A stretch of 64,000 bases of DNA from Camelus ferus (Eukaryota): positions 8,062,001-8,126,000 of the forward strand of contig NC_045697.1 in NCBI RefSeq assembly GCF_009834535.1. Reading direction: 5' to 3'. Each line of letters opens with the position of its first letter. The stretch's first letter is position 1. Below, in pieces: positions 12,916-26,241 of the stretch. The translations under genes were made by a program, and so were the position numbers. Below the pieces are notes generated by a model. It made no database searches and was not told the origin of the DNA. It saw only the letters and a program-made list of their open reading frames with translations.

Positions 12916-15011
12916 CCTCATGCTCAGTGAGGAAAGAAAAGGTGCATAAATAAAAGGGAAGGAGGAGCCTCCAGGAATTAATGGGTCATCAATTTTGGCT
13001 CAGGCACTAAGGAACCTTGATCATCTTCATATTCTTCTCCAAGGCTGACTCTGTGTTTCCACATGAAAGTTTCCTTTCTTCTTTGACCCTGGCAAGGCTA
13101 CACCTGCAATGAGGGATTAAACTTTGAACATTGAAAGAACTCAACAAACAGCTCCAGGAATAACAGTTCAGGTGAGTAGAAAGACTGATTCAGAATGCGA
13201 ATTTTAAGAAGGAATAAATTTCAAAGGTATTTCAAATCTTGGCCAAGTAACAAGGAAAAAAAAGATCTGATTGCAATCTGTGCATATTTTAGAGCCTGAA
13301 AAAGAAGAATGAGTGGAATGTATAATATTAGTTCCTTTATTTCTTTACTTTTTTTTTTTTTTAAGTTACATTTAGGAAGCTAAAGTAAATCCAAGAAAGA
13401 GACCACAGAGGGACTAGACTTTGAAAATGTCTTTAGATATTTAGAGCTGGACCCAGAGCTAAGATCTGGCAAGTCTCCCACAGAGAAAAAGAATAATGAT
13501 TCAAAGGCTGGGAAAATATCCCTCGGTTTCCTCTTAAGGATTTTGTCATGTTCAAACTGGATGAAGAAGGCTAAATCCTAAGTCAATAGCAGGCTTATGT
13601 AAATAGTACACTGTTGGCATGGGTGAGAAAAGGAGACTGCCTAAGACATCCTGAAAGTTATTCTGTTTCCTCCAAGGAAATAGGTTTAAGTGACAGAAAG
13701 TCATATTGAGTGTAATACCCAGTTCGAGTAAACTAGTATGAATTCATTACTATAGGAAACCGGGGAAATCTGAAGGTAAATGTTTCCCATGGGTGTATCT
13801 GGGAAAAGAGGTATGGAACACCTCTAGCAAATGGATCAACCTAAATGTAGGGATCTACATAATGTCTGACATCATATTATTTATTCAAGGATAATAATGA
13901 TCATTTTGTTGAAATTCAATTTCTACCTAGTGAAGTGGGAAATATATTAAAAACAAAACAAAGCAAAACAAAAAACTCAATGCAGAAAAGGCAAAGCAAC
14001 ACACTCAGCTCTGTGCAGTTGTTTTTATTTCTGTTTTCTGATCCTACCATCATCAAATCGGTTGCTTGTCAGCTAATTTGCAGGAAAATAAGCACTGTAC
14101 TTGGGATTAGGGGTTCTAAATTTGAAGGGCAGTTTAGATGCTGAATTTCTGTGTGGTAGACTATTTTGTTTAAATATGCACTGATCCTGATCTCACCCTC
14201 CCGTACAAGGCCCCTCCATGCTGCCTTCCTTTAGAAGAAGAAAAAGTCAGGGAAGAAAGCACTCCGTCTTGGGGGATAGGCTCAAATACACTTTGCATTG
14301 TTTTTAATGGGTCATTGGGTAAAAATTCAGAACTTTAGAAGGCAATTCAGAAGCACTTCCAACAACTACTTGTATTTTTACTCAAGAGAACATTAAACAA
14401 TAGCAAGATATTAGCTTTTCTTCATTCCTTAGTCCCCAGTTGGTGAGATTTTTCTTCTTAAAAAAAAAAAGTCAATGATTTAAGCAGGATTTCTATCACT
14501 CAAACCTTAGAAAGTTTGCCGGGGGAGAAGATTTATCATTCACAGGCAAGCACATACACAACACCTGGTCACTAACTTTCACTCTTGAGGTGACCCCTCC
14601 CCAACTCTCAATTTACTTCTGAGATGACCGTTGGCGGTGAAATTCAGTTACAGTTGCTACTTTCTCATTCATATCACTGAGATTTGGACTTTTGATAGTC
14701 CCTAACAGAAGTAACACAAGCCAGAAAGAAAGCAAGACTTCTCAAGTTACAGAATAAGACATAGAGCCATCTCACCTCTTATTATAAAAATTCTCAGCAG
14801 AATGAATTAGATCGTTGTGTTGTTATGGTTAAGCATTCCTCAAGACAGACTCCCACATGGTGTCCACGGGTGAGGGAGGAAAACGTGTACTGATAAATTC
14901 CTAGACACCTCCTGGCATCCTTTATGAATAAGAATAATTGATCGTCAATGTAAAGCAATAAAGTTACATTCAAATGCTAATATTATAGACAACGCTTACT
15001 GCATCATTTAG

Positions 15012-15392
15012 AAAGAAGTAGGTTATGCTGCTGTAACACATAACCCCCAAATTTCAGTCCAGTTTAAAGCAATGAAATAGCTGTTTGCTGTTCACAAGCC
15101 ACTGTGGGTTGGCAAGGCTCACATACTCCTCCATTTCTGACTTAGGATGCAGAGTCGGATAAAGTCTCACTGTCCAGAAGACCTTCTAGCTCCACAGCAC
15201 AGAAACGGGCAAGACAGAGAATCACATCCCAGATGTGAAACTCTTCTGCCCAGAGGAGACACGTGTATTTCATTGACCTAGGTAAGTGGTCTGATAGTGT
15301 CTAAACTTGAACGCATGGAGGAACTAAACTCTGACCATGTACCTAGAGGAAGAGAACTAGAAATACGAGTGAGCAGAATTTGTATCCCACTG
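15012..15392 (-). mobile_element. Old MaLR solo LTR (MLT1K/MLT1L-like)
   Basis: 'taggttatgctgctgtaacacataaccccaaatttcagt...ttctgcccagaggagacacgtg...ttcattgacc...gagaactagaaata'. Confidence 0.75.
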
Positions 15393-16419
15393 ACAAAAAG
15401 AGTTACTCAAGGGTTTGAGGGCAGCGATAGAACTTTCTTCAGTGTGAAACTCATGTGGTTTGCAACAATCTTCCGTTCAGTTGTAGACTGTTTTGTTGAC
15501 TCTTCATTTATTTATTGCTGTTGATTTATTTTTAATTAAGCATCTCCTTAATTCAGATTCTATACAAAGCTTCAGAGATTTATACATAAGATTTCTGCTC
15601 TCCGTTTGCTCTATTTTTTAGGTTTTTACAGCCTTCTCTGTAAAAACAAAATATATGCAACCTAGGCAGGAAAAAAGCTAATCTGGGCAGGCTTTCTGAG
15701 GAATGCAACATCAGAGTAAACTTTTACAACATGAGGAGGTGTTACAAAGGCACCTGGATAGAGAAGTAACAGAAGCATGTGTATTCCAGACCAGAAAAAA
15801 AAATTATATTCCAGATGCTTGTGGTAGGCAGTTTCTTGGGAGGTATTCATTTAAAAACTCACTTTTTGTCTCAACTAATACTTCAAAAAAATAGAAAAAT
15901 CGCAATAGTGTATTCACTATTTTAGAGATCAGAGGTCTGTATTTTTCACAAACATGCACAAGAAAGCACAGAGATGTAAACATTCATCAGTATCTGAAAG
16001 GAGGGTGGATGGGGTCCTGCAGAAGGTTTTTGATATGCACGGAAGTTTCACCAAGGAATGGGAACCAAATCCACCTGGAGAGCTCAGAGCTTGCCCTGAG
16101 GCCTTAAAAGAACTTTCTCCTCTTTTCAATGCCTCCTGCATTCCCTGGAACTGCTGTCAGAATGTAGAAAAGCCCAGCTGCCCTTGCAGAAGGGAAGAAA
16201 ATACAGAGAGTTGAGAGTGTAAGGAAGGTAATTTGAAAAGAACTTATTTGAATAATTATTATTTTATGTTATAATCTTTGGGACACTGGTTGGTCCCCTT
16301 TTTACCTGTAAGACCACTGCCCCATTTGAATAATGGATTAGTACCTCAGAGTGCTGCTAAGCACCAACACATCTTGCCACCACCAAGGACTTAAAGCACC
16401 GTTGAGAATAAATGGAAAG

Positions 16420-16580
16420 TAGTCAAAAGAATCTGGCTTTCAGAGACGCTCTAATTCTGAGCCCAGGCACCATGACAGAAGATTATCTGTCCGCACTGAA
16501 TTTGTATTTCCTCATCTATACAGTGGAACCAGTAACTACATGAGAAATGCGGGAGGATTAAATGCGATCAGTGAAAGCAG
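16420..16580 (+). mobile_element. MIR SINE fragment
   Basis: 'tttcctcatctatacagtgg...gggaggattaaatgcgat'. Confidence 0.65.
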
Positions 16581-16884
16581 GAGATTCCACATCGGTAACA
16601 ATGTCCTCCGTGACACTTTGACATTAGCTTTCTCTGAACTCCTGTGGAGGGAATAGCTGGTTCCATCTAATTTAACAGGCCATTACATGCACTCAGTGGC
16701 ATGCCGTCCAACAAAGAATTTCATGGTGTTTTACAGTTGACAGAATCTTGCATGCATTATCTGATTTTCATGACCTTGACCCTCCCCAGTCTCTGTGAAC
16801 AAGCTGTTGTCCTCACCACATCCATTTACAGTTGCACAAACATGCCAAGCTCATAATGATTATAAGTGACAGAGTAGGATTAAT

Positions 16885-17050
16885 CAGAAAACCTGGAATT
16901 CAGCTGAAATTCTGACAAAAATTGCTGCTTGGTCTTAGAAAAGTCACTGGATTTTGAGTCTCAATTTTTTCATCTCTAAAATGGGCATAATTATGATTGA
17001 AATATCTTACACAGTTGGTGAGAAGATTAAGCGATATAAGCTATAAAGCA
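16885..17050 (+). mobile_element. MIR SINE (host of the adjacent young SINE)
   Basis: 'gagtctcaattttttcatctctaaaatgggcataat...gttggtgagaagattaag'. Confidence 0.75.
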
Positions 17051-17199
17051 GGGGGAGGGTGTAGCTCTGTGGTATAGCGCCTGCCTAGCATGCGTAAGGT
17101 CCTGGGTTCAATCCCCAGCACCTCCATTAAGTAAATAAATAAATAAATACATACATCTAATTACCCCCCCCAAAAAAATAAGCAAAAAAATAGTAAAGG
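17051..17199 (+). mobile_element. Camelid tRNA-Ala-derived SINE (vic-1 type)
   Basis: tRNA-Ala(AGC)-like head with A box and B box ggttcaatcc, (taaa)n linker, A-rich tail; TSD tataaagca at 17042-17050 and 17200-17208. Confidence 0.9.
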
Positions 17200-17800
17200 T
17201 ATAAAGCAATTGCTCAAGGTGTATTTGTACTCTTTACTGAAATCTTATATTTTGCTCTGCAGTCTGCTATAAAGTCTATCATCTGTTTTAAGCTGTTGTC
17301 TGTCTTATTCAACTTGATACATCAAGGAAAGAACTATCCAAGGAGTAAAATATGATCATAGGAAATGTATATTTATACATTGTACATATATATCATATTT
17401 ATATGCACATTCACATTTAATATAGTTATATAAAATTTTTCACAAATATTTGTATATAAATTATATTATTCACACTAGTATTAGTATGAATATGATAATA
17501 TTCATATTATAAATTAGGATGATTATAAAATTTAGAATGATACAGATTATATGCAGCAATATGATTTACAGATACATATGCCTTTTTAGATATAAGCATT
17601 TTGATATAAAGTATATCGTATGCACCATGTGTGCTTATATATTGTACACTTATCCGGACATTTTGGCAGAATTAGACGAGAACAGAGCGTAGGTTGTATG
17701 TGCAAAAAAATAAGCACACCTACTGCACTAACACTGGAGTTGAATATTGCCAAAGGGAGGAGATGCAAACATCATTCACCCCCACTCTCAGGCAAGCATG

Positions 17801-17850
17801 CACACACACACACATACATACCACCACCACCACCACCACCACCACCACCA
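17801..17850. repeat. (CA)n plus (CCA)n microsatellite
   Basis: cacacacacacacatacata followed by ccaccacca...; source of the poly-Pro and poly-Val ORFs. Confidence 0.95.
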
Positions 17851-17991
17851 AAAACAACAGTATTAATTGGTAGACAAAGGTTTGCTTGAATGCAGAAAGG
17901 AGCCCTGAAATAAATAGAACCAATGTCCAGAGTCTTCTCTGACCAAATGGCAGCTCATCTGGCCACCGGCCCTGCTGGAGTCTCTGAGGTC

Positions 17992-18409
17992 TTGGTGCAT
18001 AGAATAACAGCTTCCCCAAAGTTGTCTGTGTCCTCATGCCCAACACCTATGACTACATCACCTTACATGGAAAAGAGGGTTTTGTAGATGTGATTAAGTT
18101 AAGACTCTTGGGATGGGAAGATTAACCTGGATTTAGATGGACCCAGTATAATGACAGGGGTCCTTATACGTGAAAGAGGGAAGCAGACTCAAGCCCAGGA
18201 ATGTGGGTGGCGTCTAGAAGTGAGAAGAGGGAAGGAACGGATTCTCCCCTAAAGCCTCCAGAAGAAACACAGTTCTCCTAACCCTGGGATTTCACCTCTA
18301 TAAGACCCACTGCAGAATCCGACCGTGGAAATGTGAAGATAATAAAGTCATGCTTTCTTAAGCCACTCTTTGTGTCAGTGTGTTACAGCAGCAGCAAGAA
18401 ACTAATACA
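17992..18409 (+). mobile_element. MaLR solo LTR, MLT1D-like (internally deleted)
   Basis: 'ccttacatggaaaagagggttttgtagatgtgattaagttaag...ggattctcccctaaagcctccagaag...aagaaactaataca'. Confidence 0.85.
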
Positions 18410-18995
18410 GTGCTCCTTCCCCTGGCACCAATGTCGCTTGGCCAGAGTCTCACTGTCACAGGGGTTGTTCTCAGAATGTGCTCCGCTTATGCTTCAGTCT
18501 AAATCCACATTGTGTCAAACTTTTCCTGGCCTTTTGTGGTCTAGAAAACCATTGCTTAGTGCCCCCAATATTTCACACAATGTGAGTGTATGCCTCCCAC
18601 TGCTGTCCCTTTCAGTCCTAGCTCACTATCTCTAGGTCTCCAGTATGAACCTGGGGGGGGGGGGGAAGTGGGCTGGAGATAAGCTGAATGACAGACTCCA
18701 TGTCACAAGCATAATCAGACTCTCTTCTTCTGTCCCAGTCAGGTCCAGAGACCACATCTATTTGTCCGCCACCGTATTACAAATTGTAATCTGATTCATG
18801 ATGAAACAATGCATGTTTATTGACTGACAGTCAGTCTTGGGCCAGCCTTCTGCAGGTACACACCATCTTCCCCAGATTCCTTCTAACACCATCCAAGGGC
18901 TTCCCCCTTGCCTCAGCCACTACCCCTCCACGCTACTCCTACAGAAGACACAAGAACGTGGATCCTCTCTTTCCAGCATCCTAAAAGAAACATGT

Positions 18996-19370
18996 TGTTG
19001 TGGGTTGAATTATGTCCCTAAATAGAAGCTGAAGTCCTCATCCCAGGCGCCTGTGACTGTGATCTTCTTTGGAAATTGAAATCTTCATACAAGAAATCAA
19101 TTCAATATGAGGTCATACTGGATTAGGGTGGCCCTTAATCCAATAACTGGTGTCATAAGAAGAGGGAAATTTGGACGCAGAAACCACCAGAAGAAGGCCC
19201 TAAGGCAGAGGCTGGGACAGATTCTACCCGAGGTTTTTCTGAAAGGACTGACCCTGCTGGCACCTTGATTTCAGACTCTGGCCCCCTGGACTATAAGGAA
19301 ATGCATATCTGCTTGCTTTCAGCCACGCAGTTTATGGTGATTTGTTGCAGCAACCCTAAAAAATTAATGG
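18996..19370 (+). mobile_element. MaLR solo LTR, MLT1C-like
   Basis: 'tgttgtgggttgaattatgtccc...atgaggtcatactggattagggtggcccttaatccaat...caccttgatttcagact'. Confidence 0.85.
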
Positions 19371-20220
19371 GGTAAAGCCAAGAGCTACACTACCCACTCA
19401 TAACTCTACATCCAGCCACATGCACAAGCCACTGCACTTTCTTGCTGATTTGGGTTGACAATGATGGATCTATTTTTGCCATCCTAGCGGGAGGGGACAC
19501 TGTGCACACTCCCCTGCCTGGCAGAGTTCCCACTGGGGTAACCTGCATGCACTGACATTGGCTGGTTATAGAGTGAAAGTTAATGCGTCAGCACAGCGGT
19601 GTTCCTGTTAACTACTGATTTGTGTCCTCATTTGCGTAAACATGAACTGAACTATCTGCGAAGCCAGGGGAAGGAAACCTCATCAGGGAGTTTTATAGGT
19701 CGGGAAAGTGCTTTCCGACACCTGGGCCTCGTTGTACATACAGAGTCCTACATCCGAGCTGCTTATTTTCTTTTGTAAACAAAAAATTCAAAATTCTTAG
19801 CACACGGCAGTCATCTGAGTCCCTCAGGGAAATAAACATCGTGTACTCAAGATAAAACCAGCTACCCTGCAACTCCAGGACCCAATTCATACTTCTGCCT
19901 CAGTCTGACAAGATCAGGGTTTCTACGTTCACAAGACCTGGGCAGTGAGAGCATATTCTACCCTCAAAGTCTCAAAGCCAAGTATAACCACGGCTGTGCC
20001 CAGCACCACAGGCTGTCCCTGGAAGGGTGTTCCTGAAGGCTTGCATCTTGGTCACAACAATCTGTCAGCCCAGGGACTGTTTGTATTTCTTCCCTGGTCT
20101 TAAATGAATCCTGCCAAATAGCAGAACTTCAATCAGGTAAAGAATGACTGAAACTATATGAGGTATAGGTCTTGGGAAAAACAGAGAAAGTAATATTTCT
20201 CCAATTAAAATAACATTTCT

Positions 20221-20372
20221 GGGGGGAAGGTATAGCTCAATTGGTAGAGTGCATGCTTAGTATGCACAAGGTCCTGGGTTCAATCCCCAGTACCTCCTCC
20301 AAAAAATAAATAACTAAACCTAATTACCTTCCCTCCAAAAAAAAAAACAAAAAAAACAAAATTTAATTAAAA
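20221..20372 (+). mobile_element. Camelid tRNA-Ala-derived SINE (vic-1 type), young
   Basis: A box tagctcaattgg, B box ggttcaatcc, A-rich tail; perfect 14 bp TSD aaaataacatttct at 20207-20220 and 20373-20386. Confidence 0.93.
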
Positions 20373-20453
20373 AAAATAACATTTCTTAGAATGTGGAGAT
20401 TCTAGGAAAAATCTAGTATCCTTTCTTTGCAAGTCATCAAATCCAACTTCCAG

Positions 20454-20743
20454 GAAAAACTGGAGATATGTTGTTTAAGGGTACAAATTTGCAACCAGTA
20501 GATAAGTGAGTCTTGGAGATCTAAACACAATGTATTGATTATAGAAAACTATGTTGTATTATAAACTTTAAAGTTGCTAAGGGACTAGATCTTGTTCCTA
20601 CAGCACAGAGGGAATAACTATGTGAAATGATAGGGGCATCGGCTAATGCTATGGTGGTAACCATATTGTAACATATAATTGTATCAAAGCAACACTGCAC
20701 ACTTCAAACTTACACATCATGTCAATTTTATCTCAATTTTTAA
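20454..20743 (+). mobile_element. 5'-truncated L1 (3' UTR only)
   Basis: L1 3'UTR motifs ('aagggtacaaatttgca...aaagttgctaag...ttatctcaat'); perfect 15 bp TSD aaatccaacttccag at 20439-20453 and 20744-20758. Confidence 0.9.
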
Positions 20744-21587
20744 AAATCCAACTTCCAGTCCTCTGTGATTATTCACTGAAGATAATATTTGAATGTCTTA
20801 GCCAGTGTGAGTAAAAGAGGCCAGGTATAACTAAGATGTACAAATGTTGTCTCTGTATTCGAGCAATGAAAATCTAGTGAGCAAACACTCACTGGGAAGT
20901 CTGCTTTGGAGTCTAAGAAACAGTTACCCACTGGCAGCCAAAATACCTACCTCTACGTTCTGTCTCTGTGACACCACTAGTCATCTGTGTTCCAGTCTCC
21001 AAATCTCTAAAGCTCAGGTAACTTAATATCAAAACGGGGCATTTTTGCCTTTCTTACATTCTCATCAAGAAGATAAAGCATATGAGACCATTTTGAAATT
21101 CAAATCACCTAACAAATATAATTTATACTTGTTGCAGTTTTTTGATAAAGAGCACTTTGGTGTGTTCCTGAATCCTTTGAAGTACGTAGCTTTGTTGCCA
21201 GACAGCCCTGAATGTTAAGCGCTCTATTTTCATCTCATAACTTGTCTCTCCTTGGTGGATAGATAGTATTCTTGCACCACACAAACTTTAAAATTAGACT
21301 GAATATTTTTACAAGTACCTCAAAAAAGAAAGAAAAAGCTAAATGTTAGTGAGAAATGAAGATTTTACTAAAGATTCGTAGGGAAGATGAAAAGAAAATT
21401 CACATCACTCTCTACAGAGCAAAGAAATGTGCAATTGTCCCTTAAATCCTTAGATATTTCTGTTACCTTCAAAAACCTCTCTGGACATATGGGTAAACTT
21501 TATCCTTCATATATTCAGCTGATTCTCTCTTTGTCTCTCTTGTCCTCATTCAAACTCAAGTATTTTCTTGTCTCCTGGACAGCACCC

Positions 21588-21588
<1 letters not shown>

Positions 21589-21656
<68 letters not shown>
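21589..21656. repeat. (AGAT)17 tetranucleotide microsatellite
   Basis: Uninterrupted AGAT array at the tail position of the adjacent minus-strand L1. Confidence 0.97.
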
Positions 21657-21658
<2 letters not shown>

Positions 21659-22061
21659 GGTATAATTAACATATCACATAATTCATCCATTAAAGTGTAA
21701 AATTTAATATTTTGAGTATAATCACAAGGTTATGCAGCCATTATCACCATCTAATTTAGACCATTTTTTGCCACAAAAAGAAACCCCATACCCACTAGTA
21801 GTCACTGTCTATGACCCTTCACCACATCACACTCCCCACACAGCCCCTAATCTACTGTCTATCTCTCTAGATTTACTTATACTGGACCTTTCATATAATC
21901 ACAATCACACAATACATCATCTCTTGTATCTGGCTTACTGGCTTCTTTATTGTCAACTAACATTCCACTGTATGACTAAACCACACTGTAGTTAGTCATT
22001 CACCATTTATGGACATTTGGGCCATTTCCACTTTCTGGCTATTATGAATAATGCTGCTATG

Positions 22062-22611
22062 TACTATTTACAATAGCCAAGACATGGAAACCACCTAAAT
22101 GTCCATCTACAGATGACTGGATAAAGGAAGCTATGGTATATTTATACAATGGAATAGTACTCAGCCATAAAAAATAATAAAATAATGCCATTTGTAGCAA
22201 CATAGATGGACCTGGAGATTGTTATTCTAAGTGAAGTAAGCTGGAAAGAGAAAGAAAAATACCATACAATATCACTCATATGTGAAAAAAGACCAAAGAA
22301 CTTATTTACAAATGATAAACAGACTCACAGACATAGAAAACAAACTTATGGTTACCAGGGGGAAGAGGGTCGGAAGGGATAAATTGGAAGTTCCAGATTT
22401 TCAGATAGTAACTACTATATATAAAATAGATAAACAACAAGTTCATACTGTATAGCACAGGGAACTAGATTCAACATCTTGTAGTAACTTATGGTGAAAA
22501 ATATGAAAATGAATATATGAATGCTCATGTATGACTGAAGCATTATGCTGTACATGAGAAATTGGCACAATATTATAAACTGACTGTACTTCAATAAAAA
22601 TATATTTAAAA
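22062..22611 (+). mobile_element. Younger lineage-specific L1 3' end inserted into the old L1
   Basis: ORF2 C-terminus and 3'UTR ending ttcaataaaaa; 15 bp TSD aataat(g/a)ctgctatg at 22047-22061 and 22612-22626. Confidence 0.92.
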
Positions 22612-22977
22612 AATAATACTGCTATGAACATTCATATACAAGTTTCTGTATGAACATATATTTGCCCTTTTTTTAGGTACTTAGAAGTGGAATTGCTAGA
22701 TCTGAGGGTAACTGCCATTTTGAGAAACTGCCAAACTGTTTCCCAAGCAGCTACACAATTTTACATTCCCACCAGCGACATGTGAGGGTTCCAATTTCTC
22801 CACATCTTCATCAACACTTGTCTGTCTTTTGATGCACTAGTGGATAAGAAGTAGAACCTCATTGTGGTTTTTGTCTGCATTTTCTTAATGACTAATGATG
22901 TTAATCAGCATATAATGTGCTTATTGGCCATGTGTAAGTATAGTTTAGAGAAATTTCTTTCCAAATGATTTGCTCAT

Positions 22978-23324
22978 TGTCCTCGTCTGCTCAGGCTGCT
23001 GTAACAAAAATAACATAGATCAAGTGACAGACAAACAACAAACATTTATTTTTCACAGTTCTAGGGCTCGGGAAGTCCAAGAGGAAGGTATTGGTGGATA
23101 CGGTGTCTGGTGAGGGACTGCTTCTTATTTACATACAGTGCTCACGTGTTAGAAGGGTCAAGGCTTTCTGGAGCCTCTTCCATAAGGGCACTAATTCCAT
23201 TTGGAAGGGCTCCATCCTCATGACCAACTTAGTTCCCAAAGGTCCCACCTCCAAATGCCTTCACAATGGGGATTAGGTTTCAACATATGAATTTTGGAGG
23301 GACATAAGTGTTTAGCCCATAGCA
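22978..23324 (-). mobile_element. MaLR solo LTR, MLT1A-like, nested in L1
   Basis: tg...ca termini, MLT1A motifs ('gggaagtccaag', 'cccacctccaaat', 'ttcaacatatgaattttgg'); 5 bp TSD ctcat. Confidence 0.9.
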
Positions 23325-26241
23325 CTCATAATTTAACTCATTTATCTTTTTATTATTGAGTTATGAGATTTTGTCTTTATCAGATATATGATTTACAAAT
23401 ATCTTCTCCCATTTTGTGATTCATCTTTCACTTTCTCAATAGCATTATTTTCTGATCAAAAGTTCACATTTTGATGTAGTTCAATGTATCTTTTTTTTTT
23501 TTGTCACGTGTCCTTTTGGTGTTATATCTAATAAGTGAGAGCCTACTCCAATGTCACAGAGATTTTCTCCTGTTTTCTTTAAAGAGTTTTGTGATTTCAA
23601 TCACAACACTTTTGTCTACAATCCATTTTAAGTTTTTATGGGGGGCATGTCATGCTGGAAGATATCCACTCTCATTTATTTTTTGCATGTGGATAATCAT
23701 TTGTCCTAGCACCATTGTAAAAGTATTTTCTCCCCATTAAATTATTTCAGATCCCTTGTTGAAAATTAACCATAAATATATGATTTTAGTTTTGATTTCT
23801 CAATTACATTCCATTAATCTATATGCCTGTCCTTATGCCAGTACCACACTGTACTGATTATAATTGTTCTACAGTAGGTTTTAAAGTTAAGAAGTATCTA
23901 TTTTCCTGTTTTGCTCTTCTTTTCCTAGTTTCCTAAAGTGAAAGTTGAAATTACTGATTTGAGATTATACTTTTAAAGATACAGGTATTTATAACTACAC
24001 ATCTCCTTCTGAGCACTATTTTAACTGCGCCCCATAAGTCCTGATGTGTCTTTTTTTTTCATTCATCTCAAGATATTTTCTAATTTTCTCTGTGATTATT
24101 ACTTTAAACCATTTTTTAATTATGATTGTGTTAATTCCAAAAATATGTGTGAATTTCTCAAATTCCATTCTGTTACTGATTTCTAATTTTATTCCACTGT
24201 GTTCAGAGAACATACTTTGTGTGATTTTAAGGCTTTTAAATTGAATGAGGTCTTAGGACCTAATATATATTCTGCTCTGGAGAATGTTTTATCTGTGCTC
24301 AAGAAGAGTGTGCATTTTGCTGCATCGGATGGGGCTCTCTACAGATGTTTATTACATTTATTTTATTTATAGTGTTAGTCAAGTCTTCCATTTTCTTGCT
24401 AATCCTCTGCCTAGTTGTCCTGACCATTATTGAACAAGGGGTATTAAAATCTCCTATTATTATTGTCAAATTATATAATCCCTTCACTTCTGTCAGTGTT
24501 TTCTTCATGTATGATGGGAACTCTGTCTTTAGATACATGTGTGTTTATAATTATAATTGTTATAATTTTATGGTGGAATAATTCTTTAATCATTACAAAA
24601 TGTCTTTATCTCTAGTTATATTTTTGCTAAAAGTCTAGAGGCTGATATGCATATTGCCACTTTTTATGATTGTTTTGCATATATCATTTTCTATCTTTTA
24701 ACTTTGAACCTGTTTGTTTCTTTTAATTTAAAGTTTGTTTCCTGTACATGACATATAGCTTGATTTTTTTTTAGTAATCTCTACTTTTTGCTTAGATTAA
24801 TTAATTCATATTTAACGTTATCACTGATATGGTTGGAAATGTATTTGCCATTTTACTTTGTTTTCTATATGTCTCATGTCTTTTTTGTTCTTTTATTTCT
24901 TCTTTATTGTCTTTTTTAATTGGGTCACTATTTTCTAGCATAACATTTTATTTCTTTATTTTAAATTATTTTTTGAGTTATGTTCTTGGTGGTTGCTCTG
25001 GGTTTGCAATATATATATTAAATTATCAGAATCCAATTCAGGGTTGTATTGACTTAGGTAAAGTGGAAAATAGAAAATTTACCCTTATATAGTTCAATTT
25101 AACCCCTTTTTTGTTGTATTATTATTATACATATTACATTTATTTGTTACATACCCCTCAATATTACTTTATGTAATATTGTATCTTTAAAAGAAATTGA
25201 GAAAAGAAAGGCAAGCAAATATAATTTTATAGGAATTTGTTATATTAACTTTCTTACTTTCTCTTGCAGTGTTCCTTTATTTCTGTTTGTGGTCTTCAGT
25301 TACCACCTGGTTTAATTTTTTTCCTCCAATGAAGCTTTGTTTTTACCTTTTGCTACTATTGTCCAGTATGTTACATCTCCATATAAGTCTAGCAATGTAA
25401 TTATACAAATACTGTTTTATATAATTGCTTTTCAAATCAGTTAAAAAATGGGAGGAGAGTAAATATGCAATTATACTGTCTTTGTAATTACCTACATAGT
25501 TACCTTTCCTGGTGCTCTTTTTCTCATGTGATTTAGAATTATTTTTTAATCTCATTTGCTTTAATTTTGGAGAACTCCCTTTAGTATTTTTTGTATGGCA
25601 GGTTTTCTTGCAATGGATTCTCTGTATTTTTAATCTGGGAATTTATTTTGTCTCTACATTTAAGATAGCTTTGAATAGACAAGATTCTTGTTTAAAAAGA
25701 GTGTGTGTGAGTGTGTGTCCAGCACTTTGACTATGTGTTCCATTGCCTTCTGCTCTCCATTATATCTAATGGGAAGTCAGATGTTAACCTTATTGATTTT
25801 TTTCTTGTACATTATAAGTAAATTTTCCCTTGCTGCTTTCAAGATTTTTCTCTTTGTCTTTGCATTTCCACATTTTGACTATAATATGCCTGAGTGTGGA
25901 TATCTTTTGGTTTATTCTACTTGAAGTTTGTTGAACTTAGATGTGTGGATTAATTTTTTCCCAAGGGAAATGTTTATAACCATCATTTCCTTGAATATTT
26001 TTTTCTATCTCTTTTTCTCTCTTATCTCCTGAAATTTTTGTTACACATATGTTGATACACTTAATGACATCTCACATTTCCCTGAGGTTCTGTTCACTTT
26101 TCTTCATTCTTTCTCTCTCTTCTTTAGATTGCATAATCTTTTCTGCTGTGTATTCAAGTTAAATGATTCTTTGTTCTGCCAGTGCATGTTACCTGTTGAT
26201 CCCCTCCAGTATTTATTTACATTTTGGTTATGGTAATTTTA

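Noticed and set aside
17051..17126. tRNA-Ala gene
   Set aside because: Followed by a SINE linker, A-rich tail and TSD; it is a SINE head. The same applies to 20221.
17620..18046. Poly-proline and poly-valine ORFs
   Set aside because: Translation artefacts of the (CCA)n microsatellite.
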